DNA of 64,000 nucleotides from Octopus sinensis (GCF_006345805.1 NC_042997.1:161696001-161760000); one strand, 5' to 3'. Shown: positions 13,392 to 27,173, counted from the stretch's first letter. The notes: a model not told the origin generated them from the letters alone. Made by a program: numbers and translations.

Positions 13392-13837
13392 CTGAATATG
13401 GAATAAAAGGTGACATCAGATTTTGCACCGTGCACAAATAAAATATAGACGGACAGATGCATGAATGCATAAAAAAACTTCTCTACGCTTTTAAAATTTA
13501 ACGGTATGTTGTTCGAAACTATACAATACACTTACGTAAAAGGTATATTCGCAATTTTGAATATGTATTGAAGTTTTATGACATATGTTAGATGCGTTTG
13601 AAAAGTAGACCAATAATTGGAGAGCACTTACAAAAATTTATTTCATGCTTGAAACAATCGTGAATATTTTTTAAGGATTTTTAATAATAATGACAAATCG
13701 ATAATTTACAGGTATATGGAGATTTACATATTTAAAAATTACTTAAAATTTAGAAGTTTGAAAACAATTCTAGACGAAATCTATAGTATTGTGACTCGAG
13801 CGTATTATAGTAATAACGAAAATAGAAGATCGCTCAC

Positions 13838-13867
13838 CTTTAGGACGTTCGTCCTGTGTCACAATAT
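13838..13867 (-). CDS. Micro-exon class F (DIVTQDERPK)
   Basis: acag|30 nt|gtgagc. Confidence 0.87.
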
Positions 13868-14685
13868 CTGTGAAATTAATTGAATGAAATTGCAATTGAT
13901 TCTCAAGCATTTGTGGACAAAAAACTAAAAATGATAGTTCTTTTAATATCATACGATGTATTATGGAAAATGATTATATTGAGAAACAGTAAAGTATGTT
14001 TCAAATATTAGCAGTGGCAAATTTTGTAAACAAACTTTATGATGAATAAAAGACTGCATATGATACATTTTATCATTTTATGTATTATTTGACTAGGACA
14101 TTCAATGTATAATACTGAAACGCGATAAAGCAATAGCATTTTCACAAAAAGCATTTGCATATCATCGAGATTGTATTACTGATTATATCATTACGTACCA
14201 AGTACAATATGTCGTTTCAGCAGAATCTTTCTCTCTTTCTTTCTCCCCCTCTCTCTCTTTCTATACCTCTCTTTCTTTCATCGTTTGTCTATGATTTGGA
14301 AGTGGCTTTTGCAATGTATAGCCAATATTTAGGTACAATACCAGTAATTTCTGGTGAGAGTTAATGGATACCATCAGCCCCAGAAAAGTATCAGTTCATT
14401 ACATGAAGGGAAACAATACAAAGATGTATACACACACACACACACACATGTATATACATATATATGAAATAATTTTAGTACCTAATTCAACTGAATCTTA
14501 ATTGCCTTATATAATATATATATATCATATATCATATATACGAGAGCAGAATACAACAGGAAACTTACATCATAAATTACATAATCTTTACAAGTTTCAC
14601 TTGCGAATACTAGAATGTTGTGCGAAAATTGTTACCTAAACGATTGCATCCACCCATCTACACCCCTTGTATATATATAGATACA

Positions 14686-14767
<82 letters not shown>

Positions 14768-15131
14768 TGTATGTACGTATAATATACAGAGATAGATAGA
14801 GAGATAGAAAGACAGACAGACAGACAGACAGACAGGCAGGCAGATACTATGAAGTTCTATAATGTTTCTGTCTCCCAAATTTCATTCAAAGTATTCACCT
14901 ATTTTTATTACTAAGTTATTAAATGACTATGACTATTCCCAGTCAGAACTACTTCGTCCATCGAAAAGAGGCCATATCGTTCAAATATCTATCCAAACAA
15001 ATTTGAGGCACTTTCATTCTTTTCAAATACGATAGAATACCAGAGACTATATAAAGACAGATGAAGACATCAAAATGAAACTTAGCGACAAGCGGAAGCA
15101 AGAAATCATAAAAGAATAAACTATCACTCAC

Positions 15132-15161
15132 CAACAGTAGATTCCACCTCAGAACGTGTTT
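15132..15161 (-). CDS. Micro-exon class A (ETRSEVESTV)
   Basis: ttag|30 nt|gtgagt. Confidence 0.87.
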
Positions 15162-15467
15162 CTAATAAAAGGTAAAAGTAAAGATATACCCCCATCAATT
15201 ATATGATGCAAACAATGAAACATTGTGCGTTTTCAAATCATGAATTTCCGATATAAATTTCGACTATCCCCAAGCTGTTACACTTTATTGAGCATAATAT
15301 ATATTGAACTTTACTAAAATCGTAAATATGTTAAAAAAGGAAGTGTAAACAAAGTAGATTTTTAAAATGTAGTTACATTTCAGTAAACGATTTTAACTTA
15401 AAAATTAGAGACTTTAATATCTTCATGTTGATATACCGCTTGAAGAATAATTATTTTAGTAGCTTAC

Positions 15468-15497
15468 CTGTACGAGTAACTTTTTCCGTTACGATCT
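15468..15497 (-). CDS. Micro-exon class B (EIVTEKVTRT)
   Basis: gcag|30 nt|gtaagc. Confidence 0.87.
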
Positions 15498-15949
15498 CTG
15501 CGAAATTAACGAAATGTATAGTAAAGATTTCAAAAGTTACTTTCTTACAGAATATATAATTATGTCATAATTATATTAAAAAACATGTTTGCATTTCTAT
15601 GTCATTTGGTCCTTCATTATTTCTAAAGCGATATTATGTTTAAATGCATGCAAATACATATTCAAACAGATGTGTGTATCTATAGGTGTCTTCACCTGTA
15701 CGAATTAAAGCCTATGCATTACTGACACTCTTGTTACGGAATTTTGCATTTAGAAAATTGTAGAGAATGTCTTCCAATTTTAAATACGTCTTATATTTTC
15801 ATCCTAACGGAAACTTTTTTATTTATTTATTTTTTTTTTAATTAAAAAGACTGAAATCTCGTTACGTGCATACAAACATCAGAATATAATTTCCAGAAAC
15901 GCAATGCTTCCGTTACGTATAGGAAGATAACAAATATACATCGCACGTG

Positions 15950-15997
<48 letters not shown>

Positions 15998-16067
15998 ATA
16001 TACATATGTGTATACATATGTATACATGCATATATATATATATAATATATATATATATATATAATAT

Positions 16068-16099
<32 letters not shown>

Positions 16100-17096
16100 C
16101 ATATATATACAAACATTCATTAGAAAGTGTTTATAATTTTTTGTATAAATGTATTTCTGTAGAAAGTATTTATTATATCCCTATTTACTAAGTGACGCAC
16201 GCAAACATCCCTTAATGAATTATATGTTGCCACTTCCGCAGGCAAAGCGCATCTAACTCATTGAGACGATAGTAAGCAGCTCTCAAAGGGAACAGTATAG
16301 GATTTCAAGAAGTTAGAGATCCAGATAACTAGAGTCTACTTTTATGAATTGACAAATTTTGCGTGTAGGGAAAAAACCATATCAATATTAATAGTTCTTA
16401 TAATTTAATATTTTCAGAACTTGCATTACGACAAATAACCTAAATACGTAAATAGTACCAATTTAAAAATCCAAGTCTTTCGTTATATATTAAATTAGGT
16501 ACACAAAAAGTCTTGAAGGCATAAAGTTAGGCTAAAAAGAGAAAATTGAAATGGGAAAATTGAAAAGGAAAGTAAAATCCTATTATTATTCGTCAGAATA
16601 GGTAGGTTCCTATATGGTGAAAGAAGGAATTGATAAATTATATTTAAATCGAGATAAGTGTAATGAAAAGTGTAATGAAAACGAAATAGAAGGCTAATAA
16701 AATTATCGGTTGTGGACAAAGACACCAGCAACCTCTATTTAGAAAATACACAATCTCCAAACAAAATGCAATGTATTAAAAGAAAGCTCAAAGCAAATTA
16801 AGAACAGAACATATTGTCCTTGTGAAAGTCAGGCGTGTTGAATTTGATATAACTATATCGTATTTAAAATGTTACACACAAAAAGATTTCGGAGCGTATT
16901 ACATTTAGTTCATCACCACTTTAAATATATCGTTTCTGCAACATGTCACTAGTAGTATGAGGCAAATATACCCTACTCATGTGAAGCAGACCTCGTTATT
17001 AGCATACGTGCATGCTTGTGTGTTTGCTTTGAGTATGATATTTTACTTATCCTCACGTCAGAAACTGATGCAGTGCGTTAAATATTCTACGTATGA

Positions 17097-17160
<64 letters not shown>

Positions 17161-17283
17161 CTTATGTGTTCTGTTTAGCTATAAAATGTGATATTTCAGC
17201 AGTGATAGCTTTCTGTATTAGCCAACAATCGACAGTGAAGACAAACATTGAAAGCGATTGGAAGTATTGCAAATGAGACTCAC

Positions 17284-17313
17284 CAACAGTTGATTCGACA
17301 TCAGATGGTTTTT
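17284..17313 (-). CDS. Micro-exon class C (EKPSDVESTV)
   Basis: tcag|30 nt|gtgagt. Confidence 0.87.
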
Positions 17314-17686
17314 CTGAACGAAATTGAAATACATAACAGTAAACACGATGTTCAATTATTACACACACAATTGTGCATATATTTTGTCATATGTTTAGTT
17401 ATATTATTTATACACTTACGTATTTATGTTATAAAACATTTGTCAGACCGCAGATTTCATTTTTTAACAATGTATTCTAGCTATATTTAGCTGAAAAATG
17501 CTTGTCTATCACTTATACTTAATAAATATTGTCCATAAATTAGAAAAACATAGATTTAATTATAAATACTTCCTGAAACATACTATCTTAAACTTACAAG
17601 AATACACTCTTACTCATGAGAATATACAGAAAGTATCATGAATATTCCGAAACAACACCATATGTTGTTATAGAAAAGATGCTTAC

Positions 17687-17716
17687 CTATACGGGTTTCG
17701 GTTTCTCTAACAATTT
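17687..17716 (-). CDS. Micro-exon class D (EIVRETETRI)
   Basis: acag|30 nt|gtaagc. Confidence 0.87.
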   Translation of the reverse strand, partial: KLLEKPKPV

Positions 17717-18047
17717 CTGTGAAATTAGAAACGTAATCCATTAATATTTTCTTTCACCAATTTTAAATAAAATAAATCTTTAATAGTCTTCATCAAAATA
17801 CTCAACGATATACCTGTCTATGAAATTCTATATCAATTTCGTAAGTATAATATTAAAATATTATGTAAAGTACTTCAATACTTTATATATGACATAGATA
17901 CAGGTTTATATGAAAGCAAATTGAAGTTCTAATACTCATTCTAATTAAGATGATAAATATAAAGTATTACTGAGTGACAAATTGCTACTAATAATATTGA
18001 TAATTTAACTGCCACATATTCATGAATTCAATTTAGAAATCACTTAC

Positions 18048-18077
18048 CAACTGTGGCTTCTACATCAGAAGGTTGTT
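18048..18077 (-). CDS. Micro-exon class E (EQPSDVEATV)
   Basis: tcag|30 nt|gtaagt. Confidence 0.87.
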
Positions 18078-18430
18078 CTGAATAAGGAACAAAAGATGAT
18101 GTCATCAAATTTTCAATAATAACTAGAGTATTTATGGATAAGATAGAAAAACCAAAAATATTTAAAGTTGTTCTAAACACTCATGGTTTGGAGGGATATT
18201 TCTTAACAGTATGCTTTGACACTTTGCAGTATATATCTAACAAGTTCAAAAATGTTTCGAAAGCAGAAAATATATTCTAATTGATAATTTATTGACTGTT
18301 CACGACATTATACTTTACAGGTATTCATAAGAATATAAAAATATAAATATCAATTTCTTATAAAGACATAGTTTGTAATATAATAATTCGGAGCTATTTT
18401 AGGTATTATCATAAACAGAAGCTCGCTCAC

Positions 18431-18460
18431 CTTTAGGACGCTCGTCCTGTGTCACAATAT
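18431..18460 (-). CDS. Micro-exon class F (DIVTQDERPK)
   Basis: atag|30 nt|gtgagc. Confidence 0.87.
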
Positions 18461-19185
18461 CTATAAAATGATTGAATGAAATTGCAATTAAAACTCATGC
18501 ATTTATGAATGTATTACTAAAGATGTTTTTGTGCAAATAAACCTTAACTTTATAATGTGTTACTACTTCAACAGTAAACATCACAATTGTGAAAACTGTT
18601 TTTATTTCAACACTATTAAGCTCAAAATTAATTCCATTTAACTGTTATGGAATGCAATACACATATATTGTAAAAAGGGGTAACTGTAATTCAAATACTA
18701 GCACACGCTAAACTGTCATACAAACTTGATATTGAATTAGAATATTGAAGAATAAACATTTTAAGTGAGACTTCGGTGTATAATACTGATAAGCGATGAA
18801 GCAACACGGCATTCAAAAATGCGTTTACATACTATAGTTATTATAGTAATAATCATGTTATTGACTCTATGATTCTGTAACTGAAATATTCATGCTACAT
18901 TGCAATAACGCATTTATTTCCTAAATTATCAACAAATTAGTTGAATGTAAACGGTTCATATTTGCTTTATTATCACGTTTTTTAATGAAAAGTAGGATTT
19001 GACATCGCATTTATTTAACAAATTAAATAGAGTTAATAATGTTTTTTCAGGTTATATCAACAGAATTGGAATAACGTTAGTTATTCTTACATCATAGAGT
19101 ACAAATACAAAAACAGATGAAGATTCTTAAAAAGAAAATCGTGACGAGCAGAAGCAAGAAATCATGAAAATAATCTCTCACTCAC

Positions 19186-19215
19186 CAACTGTAGATTCCA
19201 CTTCAGATCGTGTTT
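19186..19215 (-). CDS. Micro-exon class A (ETRSEVESTV)
   Basis: ccag|30 nt|gtgagt. Confidence 0.87.
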
Positions 19216-19558
19216 CTGGAGAAACGTAAACGTAAACGTAAATATATAATCCTATCAGTTATATCATTCAGAATAATATTGCAAAATTTAAACGTGAAAT
19301 TAATGTCGCATACTTTTCGAGAACTGAGATTAATCTTGAGTACTTTTCGAAATCGAAATCTTTACGAAATATTCTTTAGGTTATATTCCCATAACTAATT
19401 TTGTAAATTGTAGTCGAAATTTACTAGAAATAGAACTCTTAAAGAATTTGCAAATTGATTAGATGTAGAAAAATTGATAATATTTAAGGATGTAAATATA
19501 GTAGAAATATAATTATATTGAATTTAGGTGATACATAGTATCTTTGCCTGTAGCTTAC

Positions 19559-19588
19559 CTGTACGAGTTACTGTCTCGGTTACCATTT
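19559..19588 (-). CDS. Micro-exon class B (EMVTETVTRT)
   Basis: acag|30 nt|gtaagc. Confidence 0.87.
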
Positions 19589-19808
19589 CTGTGAAATTAG
19601 CGAAATATATAGATAAATATTTCGTAAATTAATTTATAACATAATGCATAATTCTGTGGTATTCAGAAATGGTTTACATATATACCGGATGTAGTCTCCA
19701 AAATTTTTTAAACAGTGTATATATAGATACATAAATATAGATATTTATGTGTGCATATATTTTCTTTTAATTTTCTACCATTTATTGCTGAGTATATACA
19801 AATTTGTG

Positions 19809-19858
<50 letters not shown>

Positions 19859-19861
<3 letters not shown>

Positions 19862-20110
19862 CATCTCCTCGACTTATGACCTATGCAACTTACAACCTAT
19901 GCGACTTAAGACCACAAAAAATAAATAAAAAGGGATTTTCGAACTTAGGGCAGCTGCGCGGATGATAAACATGGTAGCGTCTGACAACTCTGTCTCTCAC
20001 AGTTGCGTTTGAATGAAAACAGTATTGAAAAATATAAATCCGACACGACCAGATTGACACACGACCTGTCAGTGGGAACGGAATTCGGTCGTAAGTCGAG
20101 GAGGTGTATG
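19859..20110. mobile_element. MITE (pogo/Tigger-like) with terminal inverted repeats
   Basis: CTCCTCGACTTATGACC ... GGTCGTAAGTCGAGGAG inverted pair, inserted next to (TA)n. Confidence 0.6.
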
Positions 20111-20136
20111 GATAAATAAATATATATATGTGTATA

Positions 20137-20178
<42 letters not shown>

Positions 20179-21275
20179 TGTAAATATACATATATACATA
20201 CATATATATGTATATATATATATATAGATTGTCTTTCGGGTGTTTTTTCTTATTCCTTTTTGTTGAAGAGTGTAGGCTCGAAACGTACTAGACGTTTTCA
20301 TTTTTCTTGAGCATCAAACTAATACACTTGCTTGTTATTCATACACCTGTCTTCGTCTTTTGTTTATATATATATATATAATATATATATATATGTGTGT
20401 GTGTGTGTATGTGTGTGTGTGTGTGCGTGCGTGTGCGTGCGTGTGTGTGCGTGTGAGTGTGTGTGTATATAAATTACTGTAAATATATATATATATATAT
20501 ATAATTAGTTATAATCAGTCCGAATATGCTTGATGCATATTCGAACTGGAGGACAAGCTGCTCACTGCGTTTTGTCACGGAGAATATATCTCGCTTGTTG
20601 ATAAATGGTGTGTGTACACTTAGATCAGCTTACAGCGCCATCTGCCTAGACTGTGAGATGTTAACATTTCAAGGTAGTTGTCTCATCATCGGTCACAGGC
20701 ACCAAGCAGACGGCAGTGCAAGCTGAATTAAGAGATTACCTCTCTTATGCTTTTCCAGTTAGCATCCGATGATTGGTAGCGCTATACGGCGGCTCACCGT
20801 AAGTAAATTACAGAGGGGGAGTGCTAAGCTGTGGTAAGTGAAGCTGCAATGTTATTGTCAGTCCAAATATGCTTTATGCGCATTCGAACTGGGGAACAAG
20901 CTACTCACTACGTCTTATATTTCCTATATTTCCGGGAAATATAGGACCATTGTGAATAACTACATATTTTACAAATCATTATCTCGCAGCAGTAGACCAG
21001 AGAAAATTAAGCCATCTATAATCATGTGACAGAATTTCTTCTGAAATGTGATATAATATTTTTGCTCCGTGTAATGTATATGATTGCCAACAAGTGTTAA
21101 AACAAAGCAGGTGGGCTAATAACTTGAATTTAGTGAATTCATGTAGGTTGTCATGAACAATATAACTCAGGTAATAATTTACACGAAAAATTATTGGGTT
21201 GTTGAACGAAAACAAGACAAAGAATTTGTTGTAAATAACCATGTGCGCGAATGTTTGTGTGTGCGGGCATGTTTG

Positions 21276-21306
<31 letters not shown>

Positions 21307-22023
21307 TGTGTGTGTGGTGTGTGTGTGTGCGTGTGTGGCTATGTGTTGGTGTAATATGTGATAATATATACAAAAATATTCATCATAGTTGGAACAAGAT
21401 TTCCCAATATAATGCATAGAATTCTATTTTGCTATAACATTCACGAGGAAAATTCTGATATATGACATTCAACATATCTCATGGATAAAAATAAGCAAAA
21501 AATAAAAGAAAATTGTCTGTAGGAAACAAACGAATACAATCAAACACCAGCAAAACGACTTCGAAAATTAAAACTTTCCAAACAGAATACAATGCATAAG
21601 GATAAAGCGAAATGTAGCATGAAAATAAAATATATTTCTCAAATAGTCAGCTTCACTAGGCCCTCTTGATATTTCACTCACCTTGAAATTGGCATTGTTT
21701 CAAAGGTTGTGTTTAATTGAAACTATTGATGCATGTTGCACTGACGCCATTATCATTGCATGTTTTGTGTTTTGACAAGTCGGCCCACATTAGGGTGACA
21801 TATCCAAGTTTCTTACAAGACTAATGAATTGATGTCAGTGTCAGTATACATGCCTGTCTGTATAAATATGCTCATGTGCACAATTTTCGTACAATCATAT
21901 GTATCCTGTACGTCTTGGATTAAATATGAAATTAAAGTTATAGATTTTTTTTATGCTATAGCCAAAAATTTATAGTGAAGCCAAACATTAAAAGCGAGTG
22001 AAATTATTGCAAATTAGACTCAC

Positions 22024-22053
22024 CAACAGTAGATTCAACACCAGACGGTTTTT
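22024..22053 (-). CDS. Micro-exon class C (EKPSGVESTV)
   Basis: ttag|30 nt|gtgagt. Confidence 0.85.
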
Positions 22054-22416
22054 CTAAACAAAATCAAAGCAAAATACAATAAGCACGTTGCTAACGTGCG
22101 AAAAGACGCATTTGTAAATCTAGTGTTTCATAATTAATCAGTTTTGAACATTTATTACGCATTTGCGACGCTGATACTTCGATTCTTTAACAATACATAT
22201 GCAATATTTCATTGAAGCATGTTTACGCCAGTCATATATGCTTTACGTATATATTACCAAATAATAATAATAATAATATATGAGAATCATTGAAGCAATT
22301 TACGAATGTTTTTAAATATATTAATTTACAAGAAAACTAACAATTATTCACGAGAATAAACGGCAAGTATAAAATGTATTTTAAAGATACTATGGTGTTA
22401 TAGCAAAGGTGCTTAC

Positions 22417-22446
22417 CTATGCGAGATTCGGTTTCTCTAATAATTT
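22417..22446 (-). CDS. Micro-exon class D (EIIRETESRI)
   Basis: acag|30 nt|gtaagc. Confidence 0.87.
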   Translation of the reverse strand, partial: KLLEKPNLA

Positions 22447-22772
22447 CTGTGAAATTCAAAACGCATATCATTAGCTATCTCTTTCACCATTATGCAAAGA
22501 AACAATTCTTAAAGTTTCGATTAATTAAATGTATTAGAGAAATTGTACATAGATAATATTCAGTATACGTTTCTATCATTTCTTAAGTATAACTTAAAAA
22601 CATTGTTGATATTTAATATCTGAGGAAATATTGTAAGTCATACAATTATAATTCTTGTACTTCTTCCAATATAAATAATAAATTTATAACATTAATAATC
22701 AATGTTATACTATTACAAACAGTAATAACAGAGTTGCTAATTTTTTCTGGAGGCAAATTAGAAGACACTTAC

Positions 22773-22802
22773 CAACTGTGGCTTCAGCCTCAGAAGGTTG
22801 TT
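22773..22802 (-). CDS. Micro-exon class E (EQPSEAEATV)
   Basis: tcag|30 nt|gtaagt. Confidence 0.87.
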
Positions 22803-23047
22803 CTGAATATGGAATAAAAGATGTCATCAGGTTTTGCACCATGTACATATACAATACAACATGGGATAGATAGTTTTAAAATTAAAATAATACTCTAGTT
22901 AGACATTTGTGGAAGTTTGATAACTAATCGTAACCAAATGATTACGAAGTAATTTCAAACGCAATATATTCAGCAAGTATATTATACTATTCAATATTAG
23001 TTGCACATCATACATTACGGACACTCATGAGAATGTGTGTTGATATA

Positions 23048-23123
<76 letters not shown>

Positions 23124-23302
23124 AGAGAGAGAGAGATACACACACATATATATGTATGTATATATTGATGTGTGTGTGTGTTTTGATACTGATATTGGTA
23201 TATCAATATTGATATTATTACTTAAATTGAAATAGTTATTTTCGAAATAATTACAGCGATAATCTAAACTCAAGGTATTATCGTAAACACAAGTTCGCTC
23301 AC

Positions 23303-23332
23303 CTTTAGGACGCTCATCTTGTGTCACAATAT
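23303..23332 (-). CDS. Micro-exon class F (DIVTQDERPK)
   Basis: acag|30 nt|gtgagc. Confidence 0.87.
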
Positions 23333-24070
23333 CTGTGAAAAGAATCGAATGAAATTACAGTTGATTTGTGGGCATTCTTGAATAGCTAAAATCGTTATCT
23401 CCACTAATATATAGATATAAACTTTAGTGTTACTCTTTCTTTGGTACCCGTCATAGTTGTGAGAAACCTTGTTTCAAGGGATTTCAGTATTATTTCAGCA
23501 TATGTTTGCGGCCCATATTACAGCGCATAAAAGAGACATTCATTCAAATATAACTGTGCCAGCGAATCAATATGCATATATTTAGTCTCAAACGAGCAAC
23601 TAAATGACAAATAATAGTACTCGCTACTTTACGATGGACTAAAATCGAAAATTGTTGATGTATTACAAAAGGATATCGTCAAGGTATAACATTCAAATGC
23701 GATGAAGCAACACACCATTCAAGAAAGCAGTTAAATACTATCGTTATATATTAAAAATTCTATTATTGCTTAATGGCTCCTGTTTTCTTTTCCAGTAAAA
23801 TATATGTTCTACTATAACTGTATATGTATTTCATAAATTATCAGTAAAATCTTTGTATATAAAACGTTCATATCAGGTTTTTAAATGAAAATTAGAATTA
23901 TATGATTTGTATACTTTACGATTTGCATAGATTAACTATCTTTGGAACAAATTTAGTCTTTCTTACACCATAGAATACAACAACTACACAAGAATAGATG
24001 AAAATTTCTAAAAAGAATGTCAGAGATAAGCAGAAGCAAAACATCACGACGAAAATAATCTCTCACTCAC

Positions 24071-24100
24071 CAACTGAAGATTCCACTTCGGAACGTGTTT
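24071..24100 (-). CDS. Micro-exon class A (ETRSEVESSV)
   Basis: ctag|30 nt|gtgagt. Confidence 0.87.
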
Positions 24101-24416
24101 CTAGTGTAAAGTAAATGCAAATATATAACCTGATTAGTTACACCATACACAAAAAACTGATAAGTAGTAAAAATATTGAGAAAATTGATTATTACCCTGT
24201 GGTTTTTAAAAACCTTTCTTTGCAAAATATCATTTTGGCCATACACCCCACCCAAAGCATTAAGTTACTAGAATTGGAAATATTTTAATAAATGATGTCT
24301 AAATTGAGAGATATAGAAAATATGATAGCATTTTAGTACTTAAACATAACGGAAGCAGAAGCTTATTAAATTTATGTGGATATGTAGCGTGAATAACGTT
24401 TCTTCCTGTAGCTTAC

Positions 24417-24446
24417 CTGTGCGGGTGACTTTCTCTGTTACAACCT
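24417..24446 (-). CDS. Micro-exon class B (EVVTEKVTRT)
   Basis: acag|30 nt|gtaagc. Confidence 0.87.
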
Positions 24447-25429
24447 CTGTGAAATTAACGAAATATATAATTAAATATTTCATAAAATTTCTTATAACAC
24501 AATGCATAATTAGGTTGCAATTATTCCTGAAAATGCATTTACATGCATATCGGATAAAAGTTTTTATAGAGGGTGTATAAAAAATAAATACTCAAATAAA
24601 TGTAAACACGTATTCATTAGTTGCGATGGAAGCCGTATTAGTTTAACATTATTGATCTGTATACATATTGAAAGTGTGAAAGCTTTCTAAACTGTGGTAT
24701 TCGTCTAAATAGCCATATTGTTTTAAAATCACAAAAGTATCAGTAGAACGTGGAGGTAATGAAATTTCTAGGTCCGCATTTCTGCCTGTTAATTTCATCA
24801 CAAGCAAGCATCCACGTCACCTCATGTAAAGTAAACATCGTAACGGAAAATGAAAATGAAAATAAAAACATTTTCTGCAACAGACAAATGAAAACACAGC
24901 AAAATTCAGGAGCCACTATCTCGAAAACTTGTCATTCAAGGCACAAAACGAAAGAGATTTGCAACATGAAAATAGTTCTATTATATTTCACTTAACGTTT
25001 GCATTACTAGGTGTCGAAAAAGTTATTTCACATTAACGTTGATGGAGATTCAAATGTTGTGTATAACTGAGATTATCAATGCGCTGGAGACATTATAAGC
25101 ATACGATGTACGTTTCGACGGTCCATCATTACAAATGCGTGACAAGTAATTTTCTAATGTGAATAATGAATTGATGTCAATATTAGTGTATGTTTGTATG
25201 CTGGTTTGAGAGAGAACGACAGCGCCTGAGATTATGCGTGCGATGAAGGTAAAGTAAAAGTGTATGTATGTGAAAAGATTTTTGTGCGCTTTGGTTTAGT
25301 GGTTTAGCAATCAAAATTATACTAAATAAATGAGAGGAATAATTTTTGCTCTATATGTATGCTACAGACACGACTGACAGTGATATCAAACACTTGAAGC
25401 GAGTGAATTTTATTTCAAATTAGACTCAC

Positions 25430-25459
25430 CAACTGTAGATTCGACGCTTGATGGTTTTT
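25430..25459 (-). CDS. Micro-exon class C (EKPSSVESTV)
   Basis: tcag|30 nt|gtgagt. Confidence 0.87.
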
Positions 25460-25795
25460 CTGAACAGAATTAAAATAAACAATAATAAGTATATTGTTCG
25501 ATCATTACACGAACAAACACGGATTTGTGAAAATTTATTCAAATCATTTGTTATATAATTATGAATTTAATATTTACTATCGTAACATCCATATAACCCT
25601 GAAGATTTCATATTTTAAATATATTTAAAATAGGGTATGGTTACGCATCATATATACTTTACAGATATTACCAAATTACCTGACAAAACATTAGCCCGAC
25701 TTTAAAAGAAAAATTATACTTTAAAGAGAATATATGGAAGTATAAAATATATTCCAGAAAAAATAGACGTAAGCTATTAAAGCAAAGTTGCTTAC

Positions 25796-25825
25796 CTATA
25801 CGAGATTCGGTTTCTGTAATAATTT
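25796..25825 (-). CDS. Micro-exon class D (EIITETESRI)
   Basis: acag|30 nt|gtaagc. Confidence 0.87.
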   Translation of the reverse strand, partial: KLLQKPNLV

Positions 25826-26042
25826 CTGTGAAATTAAAACGTAATTCATTAACAATCACTTTCACAGTTTCATAAAAGAAACAATTCTTAAAAAATCTTT
25901 ATTCAATAAGATATTATCAGGAAAGTGATATGTATATAGTCCCCAGTATAGGTTTCAATCAATTTCCTAACTACAGTTTAATATTATTAAAAAGAGGAAT
26001 TAAGTTGTTAAAAATTGCAACGAATATATACGTATACATACA

Positions 26043-26136
<94 letters not shown>

Positions 26137-26185
26137 CATGTGTTTGTGTATGTGTGTGTGTGTGTGTTATGGGAAAGGCGCTAAT

Positions 26186-26215
26186 TTATATGCGATTCTG
26201 TTCTGAAATAGCTTA
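26186..26215 (-). pseudogene. Dead duplicate of a class-D micro-exon (pseudo-exon)
   Basis: Flank (acgtaat..ctctttcacc..ttcataaaagaaac) matches class-D flanks, but both splice sites are lost. Confidence 0.55.
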
Positions 26216-26564
26216 TATTCTAAATAAACAACGTAATACCATAACAAGCTCTTTCACCACTTCATAAAAGAAACTATACTTCAAGAATCTGGATCCAACA
26301 ACATATTAAAGTAGCGATTACCAATTACGCATATTCATATGTTTCTATCAAGATTTTAAATATAATTTAATATAAATTCATCATATGTAAGTTGAATATT
26401 TAATATAGAGCAAAATACTATCAATAAAAATTTATATATAGATCAGGTACTATTCTAATACACCATCCAATATGTATAATAATCTTAAAACTGATGATGA
26501 TATACTAAAAATGATATTCTGAAGATGTTTTCTACATCTTCACAGAATCAAATAAGACACTTAC

Positions 26565-26594
26565 CAACTGTGGCTTCGGCCTCAGATGGTTGTT
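26565..26594 (-). CDS. Micro-exon class E (EQPSEAEATV)
   Basis: tcag|30 nt|gtaagt. Confidence 0.87.
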
Positions 26595-27038
26595 CTGAAT
26601 ATGGAATAAAAGACAATATCATCAGGTTTTGCAACAAGCACAAATAAGATATAAATAGACTATCAAGTTTACAGTGTGGAAATATTTTTGTAGGATATTG
26701 TGAAATATTATAAAATAGCTTTCCGTGATATTCATTACCACAAATTAAAAATGGTTTGAACGACTGAAGGTATGTTCCACATGAAAATATTTTGGAAGGT
26801 AGGCTTTAAATTGTAAAACTGAATGAAGATGGTATCGAAAATGGTGCAATTGATAGATTATATATCCACCACACCACAGAAATTGTGCAATATTCTTTAT
26901 GGATTTTAATGCAAGATGTAACGTACACATGTACAAATATATGAATGTATTTATACATATGTATGTACATATATAAATGTATATATGAATATGTATATGT
27001 ATAAATCGAGATCTATAACTATCTATATACATATGATC

Positions 27039-27094
<56 letters not shown>

Positions 27095-27173
27095 TGTGTG
27101 TGTGTGGTGTGTGTGTGTGTGTGTGAATATACGTGTGCATATATGCATATCTCGTAAATAGAAGCTCTCTCAC

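Noticed and set aside
21676-21720. Donor-like actcacc site in a B-C intron
   Set aside because: No acceptor at 30 nt and no class-like peptide; the homologous positions in other units lack the donor
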